Part shown: positions 1-8,584 of the stretch, in pieces
Position numbering within the stretch: position 1 is the first letter of the stretch
How the letters are laid out: every line of letters starts with the position of its first letter
Assembly (NCBI GenBank): GCA_963828255.1
Contig: CAWHDZ010000015.1
Location: 64,001 to 128,000 of the forward strand
Direction: 5' to 3'
DNA from: an uncultured delta proteobacterium
Lineage (GTDB): Bacteria > Myxococcota > Myxococcia > Myxococcales > Anaeromyxobacteraceae
Length of the DNA: 64,000 nucleotides
The notes under the pieces: model-generated
Seen by the model: the letters and a program-made list of their open reading frames with translations, nothing else
Told to the model about the DNA's origin: nothing
The model's database searches: none
Made by a program: the position numbers and the translations under genes

Positions 1-2702
1 GCGCCTGCACCCACGGTCGTGCCGGGGGCCACGCCGGCACGTGTCCCGATCCTGCAGCGGCTCTCCAGGCGGACGGGACCGACGTGCAGATGCGGCCCCG
101 ACCACCTCGTCGCCTGGACGTAGGCCCCGGTCGAGATGGAGACGTCGTCCCCCATGGAGATCAGGTCCAGGGGACCGGAGAGGGAGGCGTCGTGCGCGCA
201 CTGGACGTTCCGCCCCACCGTCGCGCCGAGCCGCCGCAGCACGTAGGAGAGAAGGGGCGCGCTGCGGTACATCGTGCCCAGCGACTGGAGGACCGTGCGC
301 TCCATCCGGCCGATGCACCAGACCTTCAGGTGCATCCGGCTCCACTTGCGGTAGATGCCCGGGGCCACGCGGGTCCCGAGAAGGACCTTCCCGAGCAGGC
401 GCTTGAGCGCCAGGACCCAGAGCAGGGCGGCGAAGGGCGCGGCGAGCCCCACCATGTACAGGAAGGCCCCGAAGGCGAGGTACTCCTGAAGGTTGGCGGT
501 CGCGAAGAAGGCGCCGGCGTCGATGAGGCCCAAGGAGACGAAGGCGACCGCCAGCGCCGGCGCGTACAGGACCAGCGCGAAGAGGACTTGCAGCGCGGTG
601 AAGGCCCCCACGGACAGCACCGGGTCGCTCTCGGGGGCGATGCGGCTCTCGTCGGACCTCACGGGCGGTGACGAAGCCTCCGGCGCAGGCCGGGGAGCCC
701 GCGGGCGGCTGGCCACCTTCCTTGCCGTGTCGCAGTCCCCGAGGAGATCCCGGACCTGCACCGCCCATCCCGCGGCCTGGAGGCGCTGCGTCAGCCGCGC
801 CATGGTGATCGAGTCGCCGCCTGCCCGGGCGAAGCCGTCGTCCGGCCCCAGAGGACCCGGGAAGACGGCCCTGCAGATGGTCAGGGCCTCCTCGCACGCG
901 GGGGCCAGGCCGGCATCGGCGTCCCGCGGCCGGGCCGGACCGCCCTCCTGATCCGGCGCGCGTTCCGGGGATTCCGTGCCGGCGCCGGCCGCCTCCGATC
1001 CCGCCTCGCCCGGGGGACGAGGGAGTCTCGGGAGGCGCCTGCGGTCGATCTTCCCCGAGGCCGGCTGCAGGAAGAACCCCTCCACGAGGAAGATCCGGGT
1101 CGGGACCGACGGCGCGGGAAGCTGGCGGGCGAGGGTCGCCGTCACCTGCGCCGCCCACTGGGCTGGGGCCTGAGCGACCGCCGGGGCCCCTCTATCTCGA
1201 ATCGACGGCGCGACGACGAAGGCGACGAGCGCGTCGCCCTGGGCGTCGACGACGGCGGCCTCGATCTCGCCGAACTGCGTCTGGAGGACGTCCTCGACCG
1301 CCTGCGCCTCGACGCGGTGGCCGCGCACCTTGAGCTGCGCGTCGATCCGGCCGAGGAAGTGCACGCGCTGCGTCCGGATGTCGATCCGGCAGCGATCGCC
1401 GGTCCGGTAGAGGCGGCCGAACCGGGGGTGGGTGATGAACTTCTCGGCGGTCATCTCGGGGAGGTTGCGGTACCCCCGCGCGACGTGCACGCCGCCGACG
1501 CAGAGCTCCCCCACCTCCCCGTGGGGCAGCGGGCGGAGACCGCCGACCTCGAGGACGACGTAGGTGACGTTGGGAAAGGGGGAGCCGATGGTGACGGGCT
1601 CCCCCGGACGCAGGCTCTGACGGCTCGTGTCGGTGCTCGCCTCGGTGGGGCCGTAGGTGTTGATGATCTGCCGCCGTCCCCGGGTCCACGGCTCCACGAG
1701 CGCGCTGGGGAAGGCCTCACCGGCGGGCACGACGTAGCGGCACAGCGGATAGGGCAGGTCCAGCTCGGGCGCCTGCGTGAGGGTGGTGAGGAGAACCGGC
1801 GGGCAGAAGAGCACCGTGACCTCCGCCTGGCGGAGGATGGGGAGGAGGTCCGGGCCGGACCGGACCTCCTCCTTGGTGAGCAGGACCACGGCGCAGCCCG
1901 ACACCCAGGCGCCGTACATCTCGGAGATGCTGCCGTCGTAGCCGAGGGACGAGGTGAGCGAGCTCGCGTCGAGGCCGGGGAGGAGATCGAAGTAGTCGGC
2001 GTAGGTGAGGGCCAGGTTCACGTAACCCGCGTGTGGACACTCGACGCCCTTGGGCATCCCGGTGGTCCCGCTCGTGTAGAAGATCGTCGCGAGGCGCTGC
2101 GCGGGGTCGTCCAGCCACGGCGGCGGCTCTCGCCGGCGCGGCTTCTCCGGGAGCCTGAGGACGTCGAGCGTCGGCAGGCCGCGGAAGCCGTCATGGCCCC
2201 GCGTGAGGACGACCACCGGCCGCGCGTCGTCGATCATGTGGCGGATCAGGGCGTCCGGCAGGGTCGTGTCGAGGAACACCACGGTGCCGCCGGCCTTGAG
2301 GATGCCGAGGTGAGAGGCCACGATCTGCCAGTTGTCCTGCGACATCGCGACGGCCACGACCTGGTCCGGGCCCGTGAGGTAGGGAGAGACGGCGCCGGCG
2401 ATCGCCTCCGCGCGCGCGTCGAGCTCGGCGAAGGTGAGGGAATCTCCGGTGTGCGGGATCTGCAGGGCCGGGAGATCCGGGAACCGCCTGGCGGAGCGGC
2501 TGAAGATCTCCGTGAGCCACCGGGCCCCGGCCTGGTGCGGCGCGTTCACGAGGTGGCGATCGCCGAAGACCTCGGTCAGGCCGTACGGGCAGGTGTCCTC
2601 CGGCCCGCGCGGTGCCCGGGCCGCCCGGAGATACAGCCGCCACGCGACGAAGGTCAGACCGACGAGGACCGCGAAGGCGGCTGTCACGAGGATGGCTGGC
2701 AC
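1..2702 (-). CDS. Pls/PosA-family membrane-bound single-module NRPS (poly-amino-acid synthetase-like): A domain, T domain, TM helices, left-handed beta-helix domain; 3' end runs off the window
   Basis: Absent from the ORF track (no stop in window). Manual translation from GTG at 2702 is open to base 1. Seen: hydrophobic N-terminus (VPAILVTAAFAVLVGLTFVAWRLY), A3 IFYTSGTTGMPKGV, A5 INTYGPTEA, A7 YRTGD, A8 GRIDAQLKVRGHRVE, A10 SGKIDR, T motif GGDS (Ser codon ~810-812), two TM segments, then PGIYRKWS..LKVW..YVLRRLGATVGRNV..DLISMGDDVSI..VGPVRLESRCRIG, typical of the Pls C-terminal region. Start codon approximate. Confidence 0.88.
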   Translation of the reverse strand, partial: MPAILVTAAFAVLVGLTFVAWRLYLRAARAPRGPEDTCPYGLTEVFGDRHLVNAPHQAGARWLTEIFSRSARRFPDLPALQIPHTGDSLTFAELDARAEAIAGAVSPYLTGPDQVVAVAMSQDNWQIVASHLGILKAGGTVVFLDTTLPDALIRHMIDDARPVVVLTRGHDGFRGLPTLDVLRLPEKPRRREPPPWLDDPAQRLATIFYTSGTTGMPKGVECPHAGYVNLALTYADYFDLLPGLDASSLTSSLGYDGSISEMYGAWVSGCAVVLLTKEEVRSGPDLLPILRQAEVTVLFCPPVLLTTLTQAPELDLPYPLCRYVVPAGEAFPSALVEPWTRGRRQIINTYGPTEASTDTSRQSLRPGEPVTIGSPFPNVTYVVLEVGGLRPLPHGEVGELCVGGVHVARGYRNLPEMTAEKFITHPRFGRLYRTGDRCRIDIRTQRVHFLGRIDAQLKVRGHRVEAQAVEDVLQTQFGEIEAAVVDAQGDALVAFVVAPSIRDRGAPAVAQAPAQWAAQVTATLARQLPAPSVPTRIFLVEGFFLQPASGKIDRRRLPRLPRPPGEAGSEAAGAGTESPERAPDQEGGPARPRDADAGLAPACEEALTICRAVFPGPLGPDDGFARAGGDSITMARLTQRLQAAGWAVQVRDLLGDCDTARKVASRPRAPRPAPEASSPPVRSDESRIAPESDPVLSVGAFTALQVLFALVLYAPALAVAFVSLGLIDAGAFFATANLQEYLAFGAFLYMVGLAAPFAALLWVLALKRLLGKVLLGTRVAPGIYRKWSRMHLKVWCIGRMERTVLQSLGTMYRSAPLLSYVLRRLGATVGRNVQCAHDASLSGPLDLISMGDDVSISTGAYVQATRWSGPHLHVGPVRLESRCRIGTRAGVAPGTTVGAG

Positions 2703-2742
2703 GATCCCGCCCCGGCGGCAGAGCTTGCCCGGAGCCTCCCCT

Positions 2743-3792
2743 CTAGTCGAAGTACCGCTGAAGCGTTCCGGCCCGGCGGACGTCGAGGGTGACGCAGTGG
2801 GGCCCGCCGCCCAGCATCTTGGCGTGCCGCAGCTTCACTGGGACGACGTCGAGCCCCTCCTTCTCCAGGAGCTTCCGCAGGGCGGTCTGGTCCCGATCGA
2901 CCATGACCACGTCCGGGCTGACGCTGAAGAGGTTCATGTCGATCCAGTCGCTGCCGATGCTCTTCGACAGGTAGTCGGCGTCGAATCGGTTCGTGTTCTC
3001 CATGGGCGGGCTGTAGATGACCTTCCACTGCTTCAGGACCCCGGGCAGGGTGTCGTCGCTGACGCGGGCCGGATTGCACAGGATCAGGCCGGGGCGCAGG
3101 GCCACGAAGGTCGAGTCGATGTGGCTCCCGTAGTACACGTCCTCGAGGAAGTGGACCCGGAACTCATCGCCGAGGATCGCCTGCAGCCAGCGGCCTCCCA
3201 GCTCGTTGCCCGTGGAGCTGACGAGGTAGATCAGGTCACGGCCGAGACGCAGGACGTTCGCCGCGTCGAACGCGGGCTCGTCGTTCCGGGGAGTGGGCTT
3301 CGCCAGGTCGACGTCGAAGAGCGAGTCGAGGAGCATGGGCCGGGGGGCGCTGAACCAGCGCGCGCCCGACCTCAGGTACTCCATCAGCAGCGCGCGATAG
3401 CTGAAGGTCTCCTGGGCGCGGCTCCGGATGACGTTGGGGGTCTCGATGATCCGATCGCCGATCACCAGCAGGATGTCGCGGGGGCAGTAGTTGTAGTAAC
3501 CCTGGGCCTCCCAGTGGACGGTGGAGAAGCGGGCCTCGTGCGGCCAGGTCTCCGGGCGCCGGACGGCGACCCCCAGGCCTCGCAGGATGCTGACGAACTC
3601 GTCCAGGTCCTCCGCCGTCTCCTCGACGATCCGCTGCGGGAACGGGCCGCGCGGAATCTCGGCCAGCGAGCGGTCGGGAAACTCGGCCAGCTGCGTGCTC
3701 GGGTCCGGCGTGGGAAACCGCGCGCCCACCGGGTTGCCGACGATGACCTCCTCCAGCGGATCCCACTCGTTGCAGCTCCAGACCCGTGACAT
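2743..3792 (-). CDS. Amidinotransferase, StrB1/inosamine-phosphate amidinotransferase-like
   Basis: Starts MSRVWSCNEWDPLEEVIVG at ATG 3792 with a GAGGAGG RBS. Motifs YCPRD, FDAAN (Asp), SHIDST (His), GGGPHC (Cys nucleophile), TLDVRR. 349 aa. Confidence 0.92.
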   Translation of the reverse strand: MSRVWSCNEWDPLEEVIVGNPVGARFPTPDPSTQLAEFPDRSLAEIPRGPFPQRIVEETAEDLDEFVSILRGLGVAVRRPETWPHEARFSTVHWEAQGYYNYCPRDILLVIGDRIIETPNVIRSRAQETFSYRALLMEYLRSGARWFSAPRPMLLDSLFDVDLAKPTPRNDEPAFDAANVLRLGRDLIYLVSSTGNELGGRWLQAILGDEFRVHFLEDVYYGSHIDSTFVALRPGLILCNPARVSDDTLPGVLKQWKVIYSPPMENTNRFDADYLSKSIGSDWIDMNLFSVSPDVVMVDRDQTALRKLLEKEGLDVVPVKLRHAKMLGGGPHCVTLDVRRAGTLQRYFD

Positions 3793-3850
3793 CGGTTGCC
3801 GCGCCTCCTCGCCCGCGATCCCGGAAGCTCCCCGCTCCGGGCGGGCCACT

Positions 3851-4576
3851 CTAGCACGCGCGGCCGGGACCGAAGCGCCGCCCCGGGGCCGCCTCGGGAC
3901 CCAGCGTTCGCAGCTCGACGGACGCGCCGGCAACCCGGGCCGCCAGCGCGGCCACGTGGCCCGGGGCGCTCAGGTCGATCAGGGTCCAGTCCGACGGGAG
4001 GGTGCCTCCGTCGAGGGTCGCGAGGATCGCTGCCTCGCGGCCCAGCGAAACGGTCAGCTCGGCGAGCGGTGCCGAGATCCCGATCCCCAGCGCCTTCAGC
4101 ACGGCCTCCTTCCGGGTCCACCCCCGCAGGAACGCCCCGGACTTGTCCACCGCCTCCGCGAGCTCGCGCCGCTCGGGCTGGGAGAAGACCCGCTCCGAGA
4201 GGCCCTCCCAGTCCGGCACCGGGGCCTCGCGCTCGGCGTCGATGCCGACGTCGAAGCCGGTGGCGACGGCGATCAGGGCGCGCCCGTGCGTGTGCGAAAC
4301 GCTGAAGCGGACGGCGGCATCGGCTGCGTCGATCTCGGGTTTCCCCCTCGGCCCGTAGCGGAAGCGAAGGTCTTCGGGGCGGGTGGCGAGCCGCTCTCCG
4401 AGGACGAGGCGGAGCGCCGCGCGGCAGGCGATGAACCGGTCGCGGTGCACGTCGCGCAGGAAGGTGCTCGCACGGCCCCGCTCGTCCGGCGAGAGCAGCC
4501 GCGCCAGCCGCGGGACGCGCTCGCGGAGGGACTCGAGATCGAGCTGCCACACGGTGACGCTGCGGTCGTGGATCAT
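3851..4576 (-). CDS. Sfp-type 4'-phosphopantetheinyl transferase
   Basis: Motifs GKP, FSVSHT, VGIDAE, WTRKEAVLKALGIG. Confidence 0.93.
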   Translation of the reverse strand: MIHDRSVTVWQLDLESLRERVPRLARLLSPDERGRASTFLRDVHRDRFIACRAALRLVLGERLATRPEDLRFRYGPRGKPEIDAADAAVRFSVSHTHGRALIAVATGFDVGIDAEREAPVPDWEGLSERVFSQPERRELAEAVDKSGAFLRGWTRKEAVLKALGIGISAPLAELTVSLGREAAILATLDGGTLPSDWTLIDLSAPGHVAALAARVAGASVELRTLGPEAAPGRRFGPGRAC

Positions 4577-4589
4577 GCCGCTTCCGGCG

Positions 4590-5588
4590 CTAGGAATCGA
4601 GCGGGGCGAAGAAGTCCGGCACCGGGACCGCCTCTCCGGCAGCGAGGGCGCGGTCGTACAGCCACTTTCCCACCGCCACGTCCAGGACGCCGAGGCCGAA
4701 CGGGGAGAAGACGACGGCCTTTCCGTGGTCGACGGCGCAGCGCCCCTCCAGGACGTCCGCCAGCGTCCCGGCGACGAAGGACCGTGAGCCGACCTGCTTC
4801 TCGGCGAGGTGCACCGAGGTCTCCGCGCGCATCACGTGGTCGACGTCGTCGACCACGTTGCAGGCCTTCAGGATGAGCTCCGGCGCCAGGTCGCGCAGGG
4901 AGAGGTGGAGCACGACCGGGCGATGGGCCAGGAACTGCGGGTCATGGATGTGCGGCGCCGGGGCGACCGTCGTCAGGAGCACCAGGTCCGCGCCCCGCGA
5001 GGCCGACGCGAGATCCGGCATCACCTCGACGGGTGCCTGCCCGCCGCCCAGTCGGCTGGCGAAGCGCCTCGCCGCGAGGGGGTCGAGGTCGTAGGCCCGG
5101 ACGTTCCCGAGGGTCCAGCCGGTTCCGAGAAGGAAGCGGAGGACGTACCGCGCGATGAGCCCGGTGCCGACGACGGCGAGGGTCCGGGCGTGGCGCCCCC
5201 CGGGCACGAGGTGCTCGGCCGCGAGCGCCGCGGACGCCGCCGTTCGCGCAGCCGAGAGGATCGATCCCTCCAGGCAGGCGATGGGGTAGCCGCTCTCGTC
5301 GTCGTTGAGGATCAGGACGGCGGAGGCGCGGGCGAGCCCGCGGGAGACGTTGTCGGGGTAGCTCGAGATCCACTTCATGCCCGACACCCGCCAGGGCGCT
5401 CCGAGGTGGGCCGGCAAGCCGATGATGCGGGCGCTGGGCCTCGCCGGGAAGCGCAGGAACACGCTGTGAGGCATCGAGGTCAGGCCGTGCGCGTGGGCGA
5501 GGTACGCGCGCTTCACCACGTCGACGCAGCCCGGGAGGTCCTCGTCGAGGAGGCGCGCGATCGTCGGTCCGGTGACGACGTGGAACAT
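4590..5588 (-). CDS. sbnB: 2,3-diaminopropionate biosynthesis protein SbnB (ornithine cyclodeaminase family)
   Basis: True start MFHVVTG at ATG 5588 overlaps the sbnA stop (TGATG). Motifs PHSVFLRFP, RIIGLPA, KWISSYPDN, SAARTAA, GTGLIA, HLSLRD, FSPFGLGVLD. Confidence 0.9.
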   Translation of the reverse strand: MFHVVTGPTIARLLDEDLPGCVDVVKRAYLAHAHGLTSMPHSVFLRFPARPSARIIGLPAHLGAPWRVSGMKWISSYPDNVSRGLARASAVLILNDDESGYPIACLEGSILSAARTAASAALAAEHLVPGGRHARTLAVVGTGLIARYVLRFLLGTGWTLGNVRAYDLDPLAARRFASRLGGGQAPVEVMPDLASASRGADLVLLTTVAPAPHIHDPQFLAHRPVVLHLSLRDLAPELILKACNVVDDVDHVMRAETSVHLAEKQVGSRSFVAGTLADVLEGRCAVDHGKAVVFSPFGLGVLDVAVGKWLYDRALAAGEAVPVPDFFAPLDS

Positions 5589-6619
5589 CAGGGCCTGCTG
5601 ACCGCCACGCGCAGCCTCGGCGATTCGTCGGCCGCCCGCGAGCCGGCGCCGGAGGCCGGGGACTCCCCGGGGGCCGACCCGAGGCGATCGAAGACGTTGT
5701 GGAGGTACCCGGCGCCGCCGTCGCAGCAGAGGAAGAGCACGCGGGGTCGCACCCTCGTCGTCTCGCCGGCGAAGTACCTCCGGATCGCGGCGTAGCAGCT
5801 CCCCGACGACCCGCCCACGAACAGGCCGTGCCGCTCGAGCAGCTCGTGGCATGCACCGATCGTTTCGGCCTCCGGCACGATCACGACGTCGTCGATGAGC
5901 GCGTGCTGCAGCAGGGCAGGGCGGATGCTCGAGCCCAGCCCCGGGATCCGACGCGGCTTGGGCGGATGCCCGAAGATGACGGAGCCCTCCGAGTCCACCG
6001 CGACGATCTTCACGCGCGGGTCGTGCTCCTTCAGGCGCCTGGAGACGCCGGCGATCGTCCCGGCGGTGCTCACCGCGACGAAGACGTAGTCGACGGACGG
6101 AAGGGCCTCGACGATCTCGCCGGCCGTCAGGCGGTAGTGCGCATCGATCGCATCGGTGTTGCCGTACTGGTTCGGCCAGTAGGCGCCGGGGATCTCCGCC
6201 AGGAGGGCGCGGACCATCTGCAGGCGCGACTTGAGGTAGCCGCCCGCGTCGTCCGGCTCGCTGACCTTGACCACCCGGGCGCACTGGGCCCCCAGGGACG
6301 CCTCGAGGAGCGGTGACGTGTTCGGGTCGATGACCGGGATGAAGTCGAGGTCCAGCATGGCGGCGAAGAGGGCCAAGGCGCGGCCGAAGTTCCCGGACGA
6401 GGATTCGACGAGGGTCGTCCCCGGACCGATCTCCCCCCGCTCGATGGCTCGCTTGAGGATCCAGAGCGCCGGCCTGTCCTTCAGGCTGCCGAGCCCGTTC
6501 AGGAACTCGAGCTTGGCGAACAGGTCGAGGCGGTCGTCGGCGACTCGCACGACCGGTGTTGGCCGGAGCATCCGCTCCAGCATCGCGACCCGGTCGAGGA
6601 GGCGGCCCTTTCGGGTCAT
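5588..6619 (-). CDS. sbnA: 2,3-diaminopropionate biosynthesis protein SbnA (PLP-dependent, cysteine synthase fold)
   Basis: GSLKDR (PLP Lys), ESSSGNFG, GGYLKSRL, YWPNQY, AVSTAGT, RRIPGLG. Translationally coupled to sbnB. AGGAGGAG RBS. Confidence 0.9.
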   Translation of the reverse strand: MTRKGRLLDRVAMLERMLRPTPVVRVADDRLDLFAKLEFLNGLGSLKDRPALWILKRAIERGEIGPGTTLVESSSGNFGRALALFAAMLDLDFIPVIDPNTSPLLEASLGAQCARVVKVSEPDDAGGYLKSRLQMVRALLAEIPGAYWPNQYGNTDAIDAHYRLTAGEIVEALPSVDYVFVAVSTAGTIAGVSRRLKEHDPRVKIVAVDSEGSVIFGHPPKPRRIPGLGSSIRPALLQHALIDDVVIVPEAETIGACHELLERHGLFVGGSSGSCYAAIRRYFAGETTRVRPRVLFLCCDGGAGYLHNVFDRLGSAPGESPASGAGSRAADESPRLRVAVSRP

Positions 6620-6632
6620 TGCGAGACTCCTC

Positions 6633-6980
6633 CTACTGCGGCGCGGGAACCACGACGTAGTAGGGCCCGAAATCGCTCCCCTTCAACCAGTTCGGCCCGC
6701 AAACCTGGAAAGGCTCCCCCTTGACGGACACCGAGGTGCAGCCCGATGGGAGCTCGCTCAGCTGCGTGTTCATCGGGAGCTTGGTGGTCAAGGGGGCCGG
6801 AGGACGAGGGGGCGGCGGCGCGACGTAGACCGGCGGCGGAGCGTAGTAGACGGGCGGCGGCGCGTAGTAGACGGGGCGCGGGGCGTAGTAGACAGGGGCG
6901 CGGACGACGACCCACGCCGCGGTGGGGCGCGGCAGGGCCACGACCAGGGTGACGGCGAGGGCGAGGAGGCTGGCGCGCAT
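6633..6980 (-). CDS. Small exported proline/tyrosine-rich protein
   Basis: Signal peptide, repeated (P)VYYAPPP units, C-terminal two-Cys domain ending YVVVPAPQ. Confidence 0.75.
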   Translation of the reverse strand: MRASLLALAVTLVVALPRPTAAWVVVRAPVYYAPRPVYYAPPPVYYAPPPVYVAPPPPRPPAPLTTKLPMNTQLSELPSGCTSVSVKGEPFQVCGPNWLKGSDFGPYYVVVPAPQ

Positions 6981-6989
6981 GCGGGGCTC

Positions 6990-7790
6990 CTACCGGAAGG
7001 CGCTGCAAGCGTCGCGGAACTCGACCTGCGCGACGCCAGCGGGCCTTGGAAGGGCGAAGGTGGAGGCCGGCAGCTCCCGGTCCAGCTGCCAGTCGAAGTA
7101 CTCGGAGGAGAAGTGGGGGCTCCGCGGATGGTCCGTATAGACCACGGCCGCGCGGGCCGGCAGCGCCGTGGCCGGGTCGATCCAGAGCTCGAGCTGTAGC
7201 CCGGGGCTGACGACCAGGATGTGCTCGGTCTTCTTCCCGTCCACGGTGGACGGACCGAGGCCCGCGACCTGCGTGGCCCCCTTGGTGATGGCGGCGAACG
7301 GGTCCGCGACCAGGATCTCGTCCGACGGGAAGGACAGCCCTCCCTGCTCCGCCGCGGCGAAGATCATGGCGTCGAGGGTGGGCGGGGCGGCCGTGGTCCC
7401 CCACGCGCCGGCGCCGGGCGAGAAGGCGGTCATCGCCTTCCCGTCGTAGGCGAACCGGAACTCGGGCAGGTCTCCTCCCCGACTCACCGCCAGGCCATCG
7501 GGGCGCCGCACCGCCACGTGGGCGCCGTTGACGAAGGTGGCCAGCGCGCCTCCGGCCACCGGCAGCTCCAGTGCCACACGGGCCCGGAACGTGAACGTCC
7601 GGGCTCCCCGGAGCCGATCGCTCATCTTCTTCACCAGCGCCAGGGACGCCGGGTCGCGCTCCGGCGCCGGCTGGGCGGCCGGCGCTTCCGCGGTGGCCGC
7701 CGGCGGCGTGGGCGGGGACGGTGAGGGGGCCAGCGTCGCTTGCCCGCCCGCGGAGAGGAGTAGCGCGATGGCCCAGCTGGCGAAGCTCAT
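6990..7790 (-). CDS. DUF2092-like periplasmic protein (LolA-like fold)
   Basis: ATG 7790 with GGAGGG RBS and signal peptide. LVKKMSDRL..TFTF, VRRPDGL, FAYDGK, APPTLD, ELWI, F.DWQL..F.LP.P match the DUF2092 pattern as I recall it. Confidence 0.72.
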   Translation of the reverse strand: MSFASWAIALLLSAGGQATLAPSPSPPTPPAATAEAPAAQPAPERDPASLALVKKMSDRLRGARTFTFRARVALELPVAGGALATFVNGAHVAVRRPDGLAVSRGGDLPEFRFAYDGKAMTAFSPGAGAWGTTAAPPTLDAMIFAAAEQGGLSFPSDEILVADPFAAITKGATQVAGLGPSTVDGKKTEHILVVSPGLQLELWIDPATALPARAAVVYTDHPRSPHFSSEYFDWQLDRELPASTFALPRPAGVAQVEFRDACSAFR

Positions 7791-7949
7791 GTGGCCCTCC
7801 CTGGTGCCCGTGCGCAAGAATACAAGAGAGGCAATCTAGCACAGCCATGTGCGCTGGACGGGGAGACACGCCGGTGGCGTTGCCGGAGGAGGATGACTAT
7901 GATGCGGCCTCGGATTGGAAGCGAGTGGACTCCTGAGGAGGGTGACGTC

Positions 7950-8501
7950 ATGACCGGACTGAAGGCGGTTTCTGCCGTCCTGGTGGGATTGGGCATCTTC
8001 GTATCGATGACGGAGGTCGCCTCCGCGCAGCTGCGGGGCAAGCGCGGCCCACCCGCCGCCGCGGAGGCGCCGGCGCAGGCTCCCTCGCTCCCACCCGCGG
8101 TCAGCCAGGCCTTCCAGGCCCGCTTCCCGCAGGGCAAGATCACGGAATCCGAGTCGGAGGCCACGGACGGCGTCACCCTGTACTACGTTGACTTCACCGA
8201 GGGTTCCGCCGAGAAGACGGCCACCATCTCCGCCAGCGGCATCGTGATGGAGGTCGGGCAGCCGATCTCGTCGAGCAGCGTCCCCGCGGTGGTGATGAAC
8301 GCGATCAAGAAGGCAGCCGCCGGCGCGAAGATCGGAGAGATCATGCGCACCGAGATCACCCACGAGGCCGAGAACGGCGCCGTGACCAAGCTGCCGACGC
8401 CGGACACCGAGTACACCGCCGAGCTGACGAGCGGGAAGAAGTCGGGCGAAGTGACCGTCGGCTCGGACGGGACCGTGGTCGACCCGGTCAGCTGGGAGTA
8501 G
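7950..8501 (+). CDS. Exported PepSY-like (BLIP-like, DUF2874) repeat protein
   Basis: GAGGAGG RBS, ATG 7950, signal peptide, two repeats (LPPAVSQAFQARFP..YYVDF and VPAVVMNAIKK..YTAEL..EVTVGSDG). Confidence 0.7.
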   Translation: MTGLKAVSAVLVGLGIFVSMTEVASAQLRGKRGPPAAAEAPAQAPSLPPAVSQAFQARFPQGKITESESEATDGVTLYYVDFTEGSAEKTATISASGIVMEVGQPISSSSVPAVVMNAIKKAAAGAKIGEIMRTEITHEAENGAVTKLPTPDTEYTAELTSGKKSGEVTVGSDGTVVDPVSWE

Positions 8502-8584
8502 GCCCGGGGGCGACCCGGAGCTGACCAGCCTCTCGGTCGCCCAAATACGATACGTGAATGGAACGGCGTTCGACGCGGCGTGGG

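Noticed and set aside
41..2792. Plus-strand ORFs (195, 152, 491 aa and others) over the left end
   Set aside because: Antisense shadows of the minus-strand NRPS frame, which holds all the recognisable motifs.
4590..6619. sbnAB as evidence of staphyloferrin B or another siderophore
   Set aside because: No NIS synthetase, decarboxylase or TonB-dependent receptor in the visible cluster; the adjacent assembly enzyme is Pls-type. The unseen left flank remains a caveat.
6800..6900. Short repeats (GGCGCGTAGTAGAC-like) as a CRISPR or regulatory array
   Set aside because: In-frame coding repeats for VYYAPPP; no unique spacers and no cas genes.
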